A DNA stretch of 64,000 nucleotides from Callorhinchus milii (GCF_018977255.1 NW_024704749.1:18290001-18354000), one strand, 5' to 3'; shown: positions 37,001 to 47,851, numbered from the stretch's first letter. Notes: a model not told the origin generated them from the sequence alone. Numbers and translations: made by a program.

Positions 37001-40000
37001 TCAATCTGCTGTAAAACCCACGAGTGGTCCCGTTGCCCAGTGGATTGAAAGACATCAACACAGAAGAGTTTATGCTCTTCTGATGGTTATTGCCGGCAAT
37101 ATTTATCGCATTGAATCCCGTACATTTAGCAGGTCGTTATTAATTTTTTTAAAAATTTGGTCAGCCGAGTGTCTGACACATGCGGAAAACCATCGCCATG
37201 CTTAATAGTATCCAAACAGGATTGAGAGATCCACATATGGACATTGACATATGGAAATTTCCCCATGTTTGGAATGGAATGCACATGCTCTCCTCAGAGG
37301 GGAGCATTCTGCTTTACCTAATTCCAAAGAGTACGTTAGGCACAGGCAGCAATCTCACCTCTCAATCATGAGGTTGTGGGTTCAAGCCCCATTTCGGCAC
37401 TTTGAACTTGCAGTTTAAGACGACTGGGTTGCATTGTCAGAGGTACTATCTTCCAGATGAGATGTTAAACCAAGGGCCTGCCTGCCTGTTCAGATAGATA
37501 GTAAAGATCCCATGGCCTATTTGAAAACTGACTCGCAATACCCTCAGATAGAATTGGTCACTCTGTTCATGGCCGTTTGTGGGACATGGCTATGCGCAAA
37601 CTGTGTTCAAACACAGAATAAACTTTTCCGTATAACCTGTGCTGCCCTTTGAGCCTTGAGACGTCCTCCCGACATGAAAGGTGCTATATAAATGCAATTT
37701 GTTGTTGTCATTCGTATGGTACTAAACATGATGCTTGTTCCTTTAAGAGCTCTGCGCCCTGGCACCTAAAGTGGGGATGTGCTATGCTCTCATGCACAGA
37801 TACTTCTACAACCAGTCATCAAAAGCGTGCGAGGTATTTATGTACGGTGGCTGCAGAGGAAATGTAAATAATTTTCAAGAAAAGGAGCAATGTGAGGATT
37901 CCTGCGGTGAGCTGGGTGAGAGAAACATTCCTGCTCTGTTTGCAATTAAACCCACCCTACATGCTGGCTTCTTCCAACATAAGGGGCTTTGGTGATACAC
38001 AAGCACGATGGGAGATGCTGGCCAACACCGCCAAAGGCGACAGGAAAAAAAATAATAATAACTTGGCCACTCAATCCATGACGGTTTGTGAGAACTGCTG
38101 TGCGCAATTGGCTGCTGCAAAATATACAGTCAATTCACTTTACAGTATGTTCTGTGAAGCGCTTTGATAATAATAATAATAATCCTTGCATTTGATATAG
38201 CGCTTTTCACGTCGGGAGGACGTCCCAAAGCACTTCACAGAACACACTGTAAAGTGAATTGACTGTATATTTGTGGGCAAACGCGGCAGCCAATTGCGCA
38301 CAGCAATGTCCCACAAACAGTCGTAGATTGAAAATGACCAATTTTTATTATTGTTTTTGGTTTTGGAGGGATTGTTATTAGGCTCTGTGTGGAGTAAGGA
38401 AACTTGCCCGAGGTTTCGCTCTCTGCCTGGAATTGAACTCAGGTCTCTCACTTGCAAAGCGAGTGCTCTAACCACTGAGCTACAGGACTCCACAGGACGT
38501 TGCAACGACATGATATGGCGCTATATCCAAATGCAAGGATTATTATTTTAACTTAATCCCCTTTTTTATAGCATTTTGCAAACTGAAACCTGACAGAGGG
38601 CCCTGCAGGGCAGATTTTGTACGATACTTTTACAACACATCAACAAAGATGTGCGAGCAGTTCAAGTATGGCGGTTGTCTGGGAAACACCAACAACTTTA
38701 TGGATCCAATGGAATGTCATTTCAAATGCGGCGACAAAGGTGAGAAATCACTGCCGACCACTCCATATCTCTATGCACACACTCTCACCCACAAATACAC
38801 AATCACCCACACTTTACAGAACCTCTGTGAAATACAAGGATTATTATTACATATGTAGTGTCACTCACTTACTTACTCACTCACTCCGTTCATGTCGGGA
38901 AGATGTCCCAAGTCGCTGGACAATCAGGGATTTGGACCCGAGCAGGAGGTTGGGATCACAAAGGGAGGAGGGCAGGGAGGGTAGGGGTAGGCAGATGACC
39001 AAAGGCGCGGTCGAAGAGGACTAAAGTGAACAAATGGAAAGAATACCTGCTCTGTAGACTGTACACTAGCTAATGATAGCTCGCTGTGTATTTCTTCCAG
39101 GGGAATGCCTGTTGCCCATTCAAATAGGAAAGTGCAGAGGTGCCATACCGAAATGGAGATTTGATAAAACGATGAGAACATGTGTCGAATTCACGTACTC
39201 GGGATGCGATGGAAATAAGAACAACTTTGATTCAGAAATGGAATGTAAAAAGCACTGCCCGGTTCCAGAGGCGAGAGGTTCCATGCCGAAACACGTTCCA
39301 ATAATATTCAAGTATGAAAGAGTTAAATTCCAAACCCCATTACAGCGCGCCTTAGCTCTGATATAGCACGGTACACAGGCTGTCCTCCGGCGAACTCACA
39401 TTTACCACGAGGTAGAGTGGATGACCGGCCAGAGTCTTGCGCAAGGCGCCGGGCGAGGTGATGTCAGTGGTGACCCTGACCGGATGACAAGAGTCATCTT
39501 ACAATATAGCCTGTTTTAGCACTGGATGTCACTTTAAGACACCACCACCCCCACTCCATCACCATAGCGTTATAACAGAGTCGGACTCAATAAATTGGAT
39601 CTGGAATGCATTGCCTGAAAGGGTGGTGGAAGCCGATTCAATAACAACTTTTAAGAGAGAAGTAGATAATTATTTGCAGGGCTATGTGGAGAGAGCGGGG
39701 GAGTGGGATTGATTTGGATAGCTCTTTTTAAAGAGCTGGCACAGACACGATGGGCCGAATGGCCTCCTTCTGTGCTGTATGATTCTATGAATGGTGAGAA
39801 GTCGTGACCTCAAAATTAGAGCAAAGCTGTTCTGAACCAGGATCAGGGAGGATCTCTCCACACAGAGTGTGACAGGACAGCTCCAGAGAGCCAAAGAGGA
39901 GAGATTGGTTATGATCAGCTATGGAACAGGCTCCCTAGGGAGACTGGGAAAATAATATTTTGGGATACAGTATATGAGTAATTTGAGACATAACATATAG

Positions 40001-40609
40001 TAAGTGTAGTATGGGTTGGATCTAGGCAACTTTGGATCTAAGGTTCCCAAAGATTTCCACTGTGATGGTAGACTAATCCATACAGAATTAATTGCTATCA
40101 ATATCTCCATTATTGTAGCATGCGACTACCAGGATGGTAGACAGCGGACTAGATGGACCTTGGTCTTATTTTGTCTGGCAATTCCTATGTTCCTATCAGT
40201 TGAAGGTTTTAAGAGAGTTGCCCAGATACGTGGATTGTAAGAATATTAAAGGATGGGATTAGGGAGATTTTATTGCCTGGGCCATGGAATGGGCTGTAGT
40301 GGTGCAGTCGATGGACTGAATGGCCTCCTCCCATTCTGGTTTGTGTTTTTTCATAAAATTTGTCAGCCTGGCTCAGTGGGTAGCACTCTCACCTCCGAGT
40401 CAGAAGGCTACGGGTTCAAACCCCACAATGAGCTAGCTCATAGTACTGGTGGAGGGCTGCATTGTCAGGTGTGCCATCCTTCGGATAAGAAATTCAAATT
40501 GAGGTCTTCAACGTCCACCTGAACAAGCAGGTGGGATCTCAGCCTTGACAAAATTCTGAACTAAATGGTTTATTGAATTTCAGGTGAATTACCACATCAA
40601 CTCCCCTAA
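34001..40609 (+). CDS. Secreted four-Kunitz-domain protease inhibitor (bikunin-related, no lipocalin domain), about 270 aa
   Basis: Exons 34001-34106 (signal MKGSHFLLLAISFQFFLLQKAKG), 36257-36424 (DVCMMPPAIGRCHALKPRFFFNQSSMSC...YGGCGGNGNNF...), 37748-37915 (ELCALAPKVGMCYALMHRYFYNQSSKAC...), 38572-38739 (AFCKLKPDRGPCRADFVRYFYNTSTKMC...), 39101-~39277 (GECLLPIQIGKCRGAIPKWRFD...) and a probable last exon 40584-40609 (GELPHQLP*). All four domains keep six Cys; the first three Kunitz exons are phase 1-1. AATAAA near 40698 and 40767. The last donor and the C-terminus are uncertain. Confidence 0.88.
34423..34748 (-). mobile_element. tRNA-derived SINE, young short form
   Basis: Near-identical to the reverse complement of 47517-47851, with a tRNA-like head and a (TTA)n tail. 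Confidence 0.85.
35690..36220 (-). mobile_element. Old L2 LINE fragment
   Basis: The minus strand gives degenerate L2 ORF2 peptides (ILPWLPIPRWINSETLILAFQSLH) and an L2-type 3' region. Confidence 0.6.
38167..38491 (-). mobile_element. tRNA-derived SINE, young short form, nested in an older SINE
   Basis: Near-identical to 47517-47851 in reverse. It interrupts an older plus-strand SINE tail (…GAAGCGCTTTGA | ACAGGACGTTGCAACGACATG…). Confidence 0.85.
39597..39790 (+). mobile_element. CR1 LINE 3' end fragment
   Basis: CTGGAATGCATTGCCTGAAAGGGTGGTGG...GGGCCGAATGGCCTCCTTCTGTGCTGTATGATTCTATG; a similar copy lies at ~55855-56030. Confidence 0.7.
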
Positions 40610-41469
40610 TCGAATTATAGACCGTGTGCTGCAGAACAGAAGACCAGAAGAAAATGCGATGATTAAAGGATTGAGATTGGAAAAAATCAACCAGTTAAAT
40701 AAATCATTAAATATGACTATAAGGCTCATTCACACTTGAGTATGAAAAAGCTGTCTTTCAAAGTAAAATAAAGAGCCTTAATTGAACTTAAAGACGGCAT
40801 GCGAGTCTTTGCATCGAAAATTTGCATCAAAGTATCATGCAGGTGTACAATAACTTTCATTTATATAGTGCCCTTCATGTAGCAAAGGTCTCAGAATAGG
40901 AAGTGGATAATGATAATAATAATCCTTGTGTTTGATACAACGCCATATCGTGTCATTGAGACATCTCAAAGCGCTTCACAGAAAATATGGAAAAGTGAAT
41001 TGACTGTATTATGTGGGCGAAACGCGGCAGACAATTGCACACAGCAGTATCCCACAAACACTCATGGATTGACTGACCAAAGAGATTATTATCCCAGAAA
41101 TTGATCTGTCAATCGACTGACAACCATATTCCTGCTTACTGCTGGGCAATGAGCGGCGTCAGGGTAAGGAAACTTGTCTGAGGATGCGTTTTTCAATAAG
41201 CCTTTAATCATTAGGACAAGGAATCAGAACTTTGGGCCATGCTCTCGCCATTTCCTACTGCCATTTCCTGGGCAGTTTTGGGACTAGCAGAAGGTGGCAA
41301 CCCTTAATGTGGGCAGATTTCATACCCTCTTCTCCCACCCAGTCTTCCCCACTTGCACCAGAGTTTGTTAGGAATTAATATACGTTTAGAGCCCAACGTC
41401 CACCAAATACTAGCCCCCAAAGTAGCCCAATATTTTGCTCTGCCTCCAATGTGGATGGCACCCAACTCT

Positions 41470-42045
41470 ACTTCTCTGCCTCTACCCTTGACTCCAGGAC
41501 CACTGATGTCCTGACTGAATGTCTGTCAGACATCAAGTGCTGGATGAGAGCTAACTTTTTTCATTTGAACTTAACAAGACCGAGACTCTCCTGATTGGCT
41601 CCCGTCAGCGCCTCCTCACTTCAGGCTCTGACAGCATCACCATCCATGGTTGCACGGTCCTCACCTTCAAAGCCCTCCATGGTCTTGCTCCCAGCGACCT
41701 CCTAACCCCCCCACCATCCTGCCCGCTCCCTCTGCTCAGCGGGCTCCGGCCTGCTCCACGTCCCCAGCCTCGCTCACCCCACTGTGGGCGGGCAGGCCTT
41801 CCGCCACTCTGCACCCACCCTCTGGAACCTCACCCCGCAGTCCCTCCGTCTCGCTCCCTCCCTCCCTCGCCACCGTTAAGACCCACCCGAAGACCCTCCT
41901 CTTCGACCGTGCTTTCGATCTCCCTGCTTCCCCCCCCCCCCCCACCCCCCGCTGCCCTCCACACTCCCCCACCCCCGACTCCCAGCTCGGGTCTGTGACT
42001 GTCTGTCCGGCGCTTTCGGACGTCCGCCCGACGTGAAAGGCGCTT
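41470..42045 (+). mobile_element. L2 LINE fragment
   Basis: CLSDIKCWMRANF-type RT segment, an internal deletion, then the same L2 3' end as 22511-22990. Confidence 0.75.
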
Positions 42046-42129
42046 GACACACAGGTTTTACAGGTTTAGATAAATAAAAAAATTAATCGCCAAAGCCTTT
42101 TTTTCACACCCAGTCAACAAAAAACAGCC

Positions 42130-43150
42130 CAACCGAGCGGGAAACCGACATATCTTACCACCATTGTCCTCTCGCTTTCGTCCAATGGCTCTCCTTTACC
42201 AAGATGGCGGCCGGGTCTTCGCCTCCCCCCCCCACCCCACCCCGCCGCCGCTCAAGGTTCTCCTTCACCAAGATGGCGGCCGGGTCTTCGCCCCCCCCTC
42301 CGCCGCTCAAGGTTCTCCTTCACCAAGATGGCGGCCGGGCTCCCCCCCCCCCATGGTTCTCCTTTGCCAAGATGGCGGCCGGGCTCCCCCACCCTTGACT
42401 GCGCCTTTACGAAGATGGCGGCGGCGGTTTGAATGCCAACCGCCAGCCCCGGGCGGTCCGGCCGGGAATTGTTTCCGGGCGGCGGCGGCTTCCGGCGGAG
42501 GGTGATGCGGGCGGACAGCGGGTGCCAGTGAGGGAGGGCAGGTGAGTGAGGAGCTGCCGCCGGGGCTCTCAGTAGCGGAGCGCACGTCAGTCAGAGTCAG
42601 TCAGTCAGGAGGGCCTCACGCACTACACTCGGCGTCAGCTTCAATCACCATCGCCATCCTCCTCCTCTTCCTCCTCTTCCTCTTCCTCCCCGGGTTTTGA
42701 CACAGAGCGTCTCTGCTGTAACGTTGGAAACCTCTCCCAAGCACTTCACCGTGAAGTGTAGTGACTGTGTTGATAATAATGCTGGCGTTTGACCGAACAC
42801 ACGCGCACACACGCACTGACGAGCACAGTGCAAAACACAGTTAATAATAATGATGATGATGATGGTGGTGGTGATGGTGGTGATGATGATGATCTGTGCA
42901 TTATCACGTCCCGGATGTTCTCAAAGCGCCAACGCCGTAGAGACGTCTCAAAGCGCTTCACTGTGGAGTGGAGTGACTTTTTGTTTCGGGTGTTTTGTTA
43001 CGGGCAAACCGTTCGCAAACAATGTCCCCCCCTCCCTCCCCCCTCCCTCCCCTCCCCCCCCCCCCCCCGCGCGCCCACGAACCGCCGTGGGGTGAGTGCG
43101 TGAGTTTAGGCGCTCCGGGAGTTAAGCTACACCCCCGTGTGAGGGGTGCT
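42130..43150 (+). promoter_or_regulatory. CpG-island promoter and probable non-coding first exon (donor at 42541/42542) of an unidentified plus-strand gene
   Basis: Very high CpG density; five same-orientation YY1 motifs (AAGATGGCGGC); ETS-like TTCCGG motifs; consensus donor GCAG|GTGAGT. ATGs in this region open only short ORFs. Confidence 0.75.
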
Positions 43151-44265
43151 ATCAAAATGCAAGTTGTCGTTGAGCGACGAGTTTTTATTTGGGGGGGGGG
43201 GGGGATTGTTGGTCAGAACAGCGGGAGAGAGAAACAAATAATAAGAAGAAGAATAAGTAAATAATAATAACGATCCTTGCATTTGATATCGCGCTTTTCA
43301 CGTCTTCCAGATGTTTCAAAGTGATTAAATAGTGGGAACGAACGTCCACCCGAACAGGTTGACGGGACCTCGGTTTAACGTCTCGTCCAAAGCATCGCCA
43401 ATAATGCAACAGCCCCCCCGCCCCAAGCTCTGCATTGGAGTGTCAACTTAGACTGTGATTCCAAGTCCCGACGTGGGGCTTGAACCCACAACTTTCTGAC
43501 TCAGAGGCGAGAGTGCTACCACTGTGCCAGGCTGACACACCATAGGCAGCCAATTTGCACACAGTAACATATCCCAAACAGCGGTGAGGTGAACAGTCAA
43601 ATTGTAAGTTAGGATTTCTTGGATTGTTGCAGCACAGAACTGGACGTTCGGCTCTCAATTAGTCTGTTAGTCCCTTTTCGAATGCCATGGGATCTTTTAA
43701 CATCCATAGACATAACGGACCTCAGTTTACTGTCTCATTTGAACAGTGCTGTGCATTAGAGTGCCAGCCTGGACTACATTCTACAATAATGTCAGTCTGG
43801 TTGGTGAACTCTCACCTCTGAATTAAAAGGTTGTAGATTGAAGTTCCAATTCGGGACTTCTGCTTTATATTGATATAGTCTATGCTGACACTCCAATGTA
43901 TTTTTCTGGGGGGGGCTGCATTGCCGGAGGTCCTTCAGATGAGTCATTAAACCGAGCTCCCATTTGCCTGTTCAGGTGGGCGTTAAAGATCTCTCAGCAC
44001 TATTTGAAAAGGTTTCCCTAAATTCCCTCAAATAAAATTGGTCATTCACTTCATAGCATTTTGTGGGATGAACAGTGTACACATTGGCTGATGGTTTACC
44101 TTCAAACACAAGTGCACCCTACCTTACAGAAAAACTCGGTGAAGCTCTAGGAATGTTTCAATCTGATGAGGTGCTGTATTAAATGTAAGAATTATTAATA
44201 CCTGTACTAACCGCATGGAACAATGTTAATCATTGAAGGCATTCAGTGCTGAGCTTGGTGGAAAT

Positions 44266-44502
44266 TTAACATTGGCTGTCTCTGTCCCTGTTGTGACACT
44301 GGTTATATTAACCAGAGTCTCTTTCCCATTTGTGAAACTGTATGTATTAGGCACAGTCGTGACACTGGTTGTATTAGCACTGGTTGTCTGGCCCACTTGT
44401 GACATGGATTATACAGTATTTACAATGGCTCTGTCTCTCCGTGCTGTGACACTGGTTGTATTAACACTGGCTGTCTCTGGCCCAGTTGTGACACTGATTG
44501 TT
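44266..44502. repeat. Degenerate ~42-bp minisatellite
   Basis: About 5-6 imperfect copies of TTAACACTGGCTGTCTCTGGCCCAGTTGTGACACTGGTTGTA. Confidence 0.7.
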
Positions 44503-45804
44503 GACCTGGCGTCTGACCTCTACCCGTGTAATTGTGCTGTTACAGATAACTGGCCTTGACTCAAATGAACATTGCAAGTCTTTCAGAGGAAAACAAAAGA
44601 AAGAACCTTTAAGAAGGAGTCATCAAGGTGCGTCTTAATAGCGACACTATGAACGAATAGTGCGGAAATGTAGAACCTTTTAAACCTGGGAGACCGGCAC
44701 GTAAGAGGACAGCTGGTAAAAATTGTGTAGTATGCTTTGCAGCTCGGATACACCTGGCCGAGGCTCTGCCGGTATTGTTTGACTTCATGTCTTGAGTGCA
44801 CTCTCTTGGCCTCCTTTATAACTTTCCCATTTTTCAAGCCACGAATCCTTCCATCCAGGAAACAGCTCGATTGCGTTTCAGTGCAGCATGTGATTCCGAG
44901 TGTGAGAATGGGGTGTGATATTGTCTCAGGCCACTGGGTGGCGAAGGCGAGCTTTTTGGTGTGCCATGTTTACACTTGCCGTTGGTGTCCTCCAGGGGCA
45001 AAGCCTCAGCACTGCGAGTCACTGGCCTCCCTCCACCAGCCCTACCCTAATTACAATGTGATTGCTGGCGTACGAGATCCCCACGTCTCCGTCGAAGGTA
45101 TCAGCCCGGCTCAGTTGGTAGCACTCTTGCCTCTGACGCAGTCCCTCCGCCGTGCCCCCTCCCTTTGCCTCCTTCAAGACCCGCCTCAAGAGCTTCCTCT
45201 TCGACCGTGCCTTCGATCAACATCCTTCCCCCACCCTGCCCCTCCACCCTCCCCGATCCCAAGCTCGGGTCCGAAACACTGATTGTCCAGCGCCTTGGGA
45301 CGTCCTTCCAACGTGAAAGGCGCTATACAAATGTAATTTTTTTTGTTGTTGACTCAGAAGGTTATGGGCTCCAAGTTTGGGACTTTGAGCTCTCAGTCTA
45401 GGCTAACACTGTGCAGGGGATGTGTTGCATTGCTTGAGGTGCCGTCTTTTGGACAAGACGACACTCGCTCCACAATCTTGTCCCCCTCCCTCTGCAAACA
45501 CAGGCCTCGACTCTCCATTGAACTTTGGAACGCTCTCCTCAAATTCTTTCACGATTACACACCTCAGCAGCTTCCCACTGCTGGCACATTCTGGGTGGAG
45601 GGCCTGGTATACGAGCCAACAATCCTCCAGATAAATTGGGTCATTCACGTTATGGATGTATTTGTCTGCAAATGCATAGACCTTAACAATCATCTGTCAA
45701 GTGCTTTGGGAGATATTGAAGTTACAGATGCCATCTTAAATGCAAGGATTAATGTTATACAGCTAACTTTCAGGAACCCCTTAGATGATTTTGGAATCAC
45801 ATAG

Positions 45805-46160
45805 TCTAAGATGACACTCCAATGCATCCCTGGGGAGGTGTTGCATTATCAGAGGTGCCGTCCTTTGAATGAGACGTTAAACCGAGGTCTCGCCTGCCTG
45901 TTAGGTGGACTTTAAAGATCCCATGGCACTATTTGAAAAGAGAATGGAGTCTCTCTCTTGGTGTACCAGCCAACAGTGTCCCAAATAAAATTGTTGACTA
46001 ACTCCATGAGTGTTTGTGGGACGTTGCTGTGCACGACTGGCTACCGCCTGTTTCGCTGACAAAATAACAGTCACTCCACTTTACAGTATATCCTGTGAAG
46101 CGCTTTGAGATGTCTCAGCCACGTGTAGAGTGCTATTATGAAATGCAAGGATTATTGTCG
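45805..46160 (+). mobile_element. Deu-domain SINE (DeuSINE/SacSINE1-like); representative of many copies in the window
   Basis: Central GAGGTGCCGTCCTTTGAATGAGACGTTAAACCGAGG...GGTGGACTTTAAAGATCCCATGGCACTATTTGAAAAGAG matches the Deu domain as I recall it. Related copies lie at ~7140-7490, 14010-14215, 14247-14580, 33150-33600, 43270-43540, 43790-44200, 60120-60340 and 61917-62310. Confidence 0.75.
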
Positions 46161-47516
46161 TTATTTTAGTAGCATTGCGTGCTTGTGAAATATCAGTCAG
46201 ACGGTAGATGCTTTGTGTTTTTGGAGAGCTGCCGAGGGCAGGTGTAATTCCAGCCAAGAGCTGCCCTTGGCCTACGTGGCAGATCAGAGGGTCATTCTCT
46301 TTGTGCTGGAGAGGCTGCGCTGTCCATTTGCAGACCGAGCCCCGAGGGCATGCAGGCCAGGCAGCTGAGCAGGCCTCTGAGGGGTGCTCCAAGCACTGAT
46401 CCGAGCAGGGCACATGTCTTCATTGTCCTCCTAATTGGCAGGGATTTGAATAACAAAGGCTCGGAGCGTCAAGCCTGAAATCTGGGCAGCAGCGTGCCTG
46501 ACTCCATCCTCCGCATTCATAGCCTTCAGAAACAAAAGGGGGGGCGGCGAAGGGTAATGGGAAGCAAATCTCCCCACGCGTGCCTTATCAGTGGCTATTG
46601 GACTGACTCCCAGCACAGAACGGCACGGGCGGGCAGCTGTTCCTCTGGCTGTCTGTGCTGCCAGCTCCTCCACCTGAAAACCTCCCCCCCCACCCCCGCC
46701 CTCCACACACACACACACACACTTCAGAGCAGATGTTACAAAGCAAGCGGTTAAACAGATAGCAGTGCAGATAAAGCTGTAAACGAGGGAGGTGGACCCT
46801 TTCTAACCGAAACCTCCATCTGTCCAAATATTTGTTCCGAGGCAGCTGTAATTACATAGGAAGCGTTCAGGTCTCCGTTACCACCACTACTAAACAGCGT
46901 CCCCGCTTGAGGGGGCAGAAGGAACCCTGTTACACTGCAGTACCCAGAGAGCGAGAGCTTATTAAACCTCTCATTCACTGCCCTTACAGGAAGAATTCTT
47001 TATAGATAATCGAATGCTCTGACGAGTCTTTTTGACACAAAAGGCGCTATGTAAATTGTATTGTCAATTGTATTGTATAATAATAGTAATCCCTGCATTT
47101 GATATAGCGCCTTATCAAATCGTTGAGATGTCTCAAAGCGCTCCCACAGAATATATTGTAAAGTGGAGTGACTATATTTTGTGGACGAAAATGCATTTTG
47201 TGTGTATTTGATAATTGTGCCTTTCACATCGGAAGGATGTCTTAAAGGGCTTTCAAGGAAATTTTTGTGTGTGTATATATATAGGCAAATACACATAATA
47301 GTAATAACATATAAAGCGAATGTATAACAACTTTATTAATGTAAAAGTTAATTGGGGTGATAATATACTCCTGCACATCCAAGCTTCTCCAGCCGTTCCC
47401 CCCTCTCCCCGGCTCGGAGTTGTGCTCCCACTCCCCAAACAGTCTGGGACGTTACCCTGCGCAAGGGGCGCTATGGAAGTGCAAGTTGTTGTAATTTAGA
47501 TGAGCTGTTACACATT

Positions 47517-47851
47517 GGAGTCCTGTAGCTCAGTGGTTAGAGCACTCGCTTTGCAAGTGAGAGACCTGAGTTCAATTCCAGGCAGAGGGCGAAACCTTGG
47601 GCAAGTTTCCTTACTCCACACAGAGCCTAATAATAATCCCTCCAAAAAACCCAAAACAATAATTAAATTGGTCATTTTCAATCTACGACTGTTTGTGGGA
47701 CATTGCTGTGCGCAATTGGCTGCCGCGTTCGCCCACAAATATACAGTCAATTCACTTTACAGTGTGTTCTGTGAAGCGCTTTGGGACGTCCTCCTGACGT
47801 GAAAAGCGCTATATCAAATGCAAGGATTATTATTATTATTATTATTATTAT
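47517..47851 (+). mobile_element. tRNA-derived SINE, young short form (full length)
   Basis: Head GGAGTCCTGTAGCTCAGTGGTTAGAGCACTCGCTTTGCAAGTGAGAGACCTGAGTTCAATTCC (A and B boxes), body, L2-like 3' end and (TTA)n tail. Confidence 0.88.

Noticed and set aside
36257-39277. Calling the Kunitz gene TFPI or TFPI2
   Set aside because: It has four directly abutting domains with no linker exons, no acidic N-terminus or basic C-terminal tail, and several AMBP-shared features. Left unnamed pending phylogeny.
42150-42170. Minus-strand ATGGTG|GTAAGA suggesting a divergent gene from the CpG island
   Set aside because: No downstream minus-strand exons were found before the Kunitz gene 3' end; at most an antisense promoter transcript.
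44266-44502. Repeat-spacer-like pattern
   Set aside because: Contiguous degenerate minisatellite in vertebrate DNA with no unique spacers; not a CRISPR array.
47517-47590. tRNA-Ala(TGC)-like sequence, also near 24977, 34680 and 38420
   Set aside because: No proper acceptor-stem pairing, and it continues into a SINE body and tail; a SINE head, not a tRNA gene.
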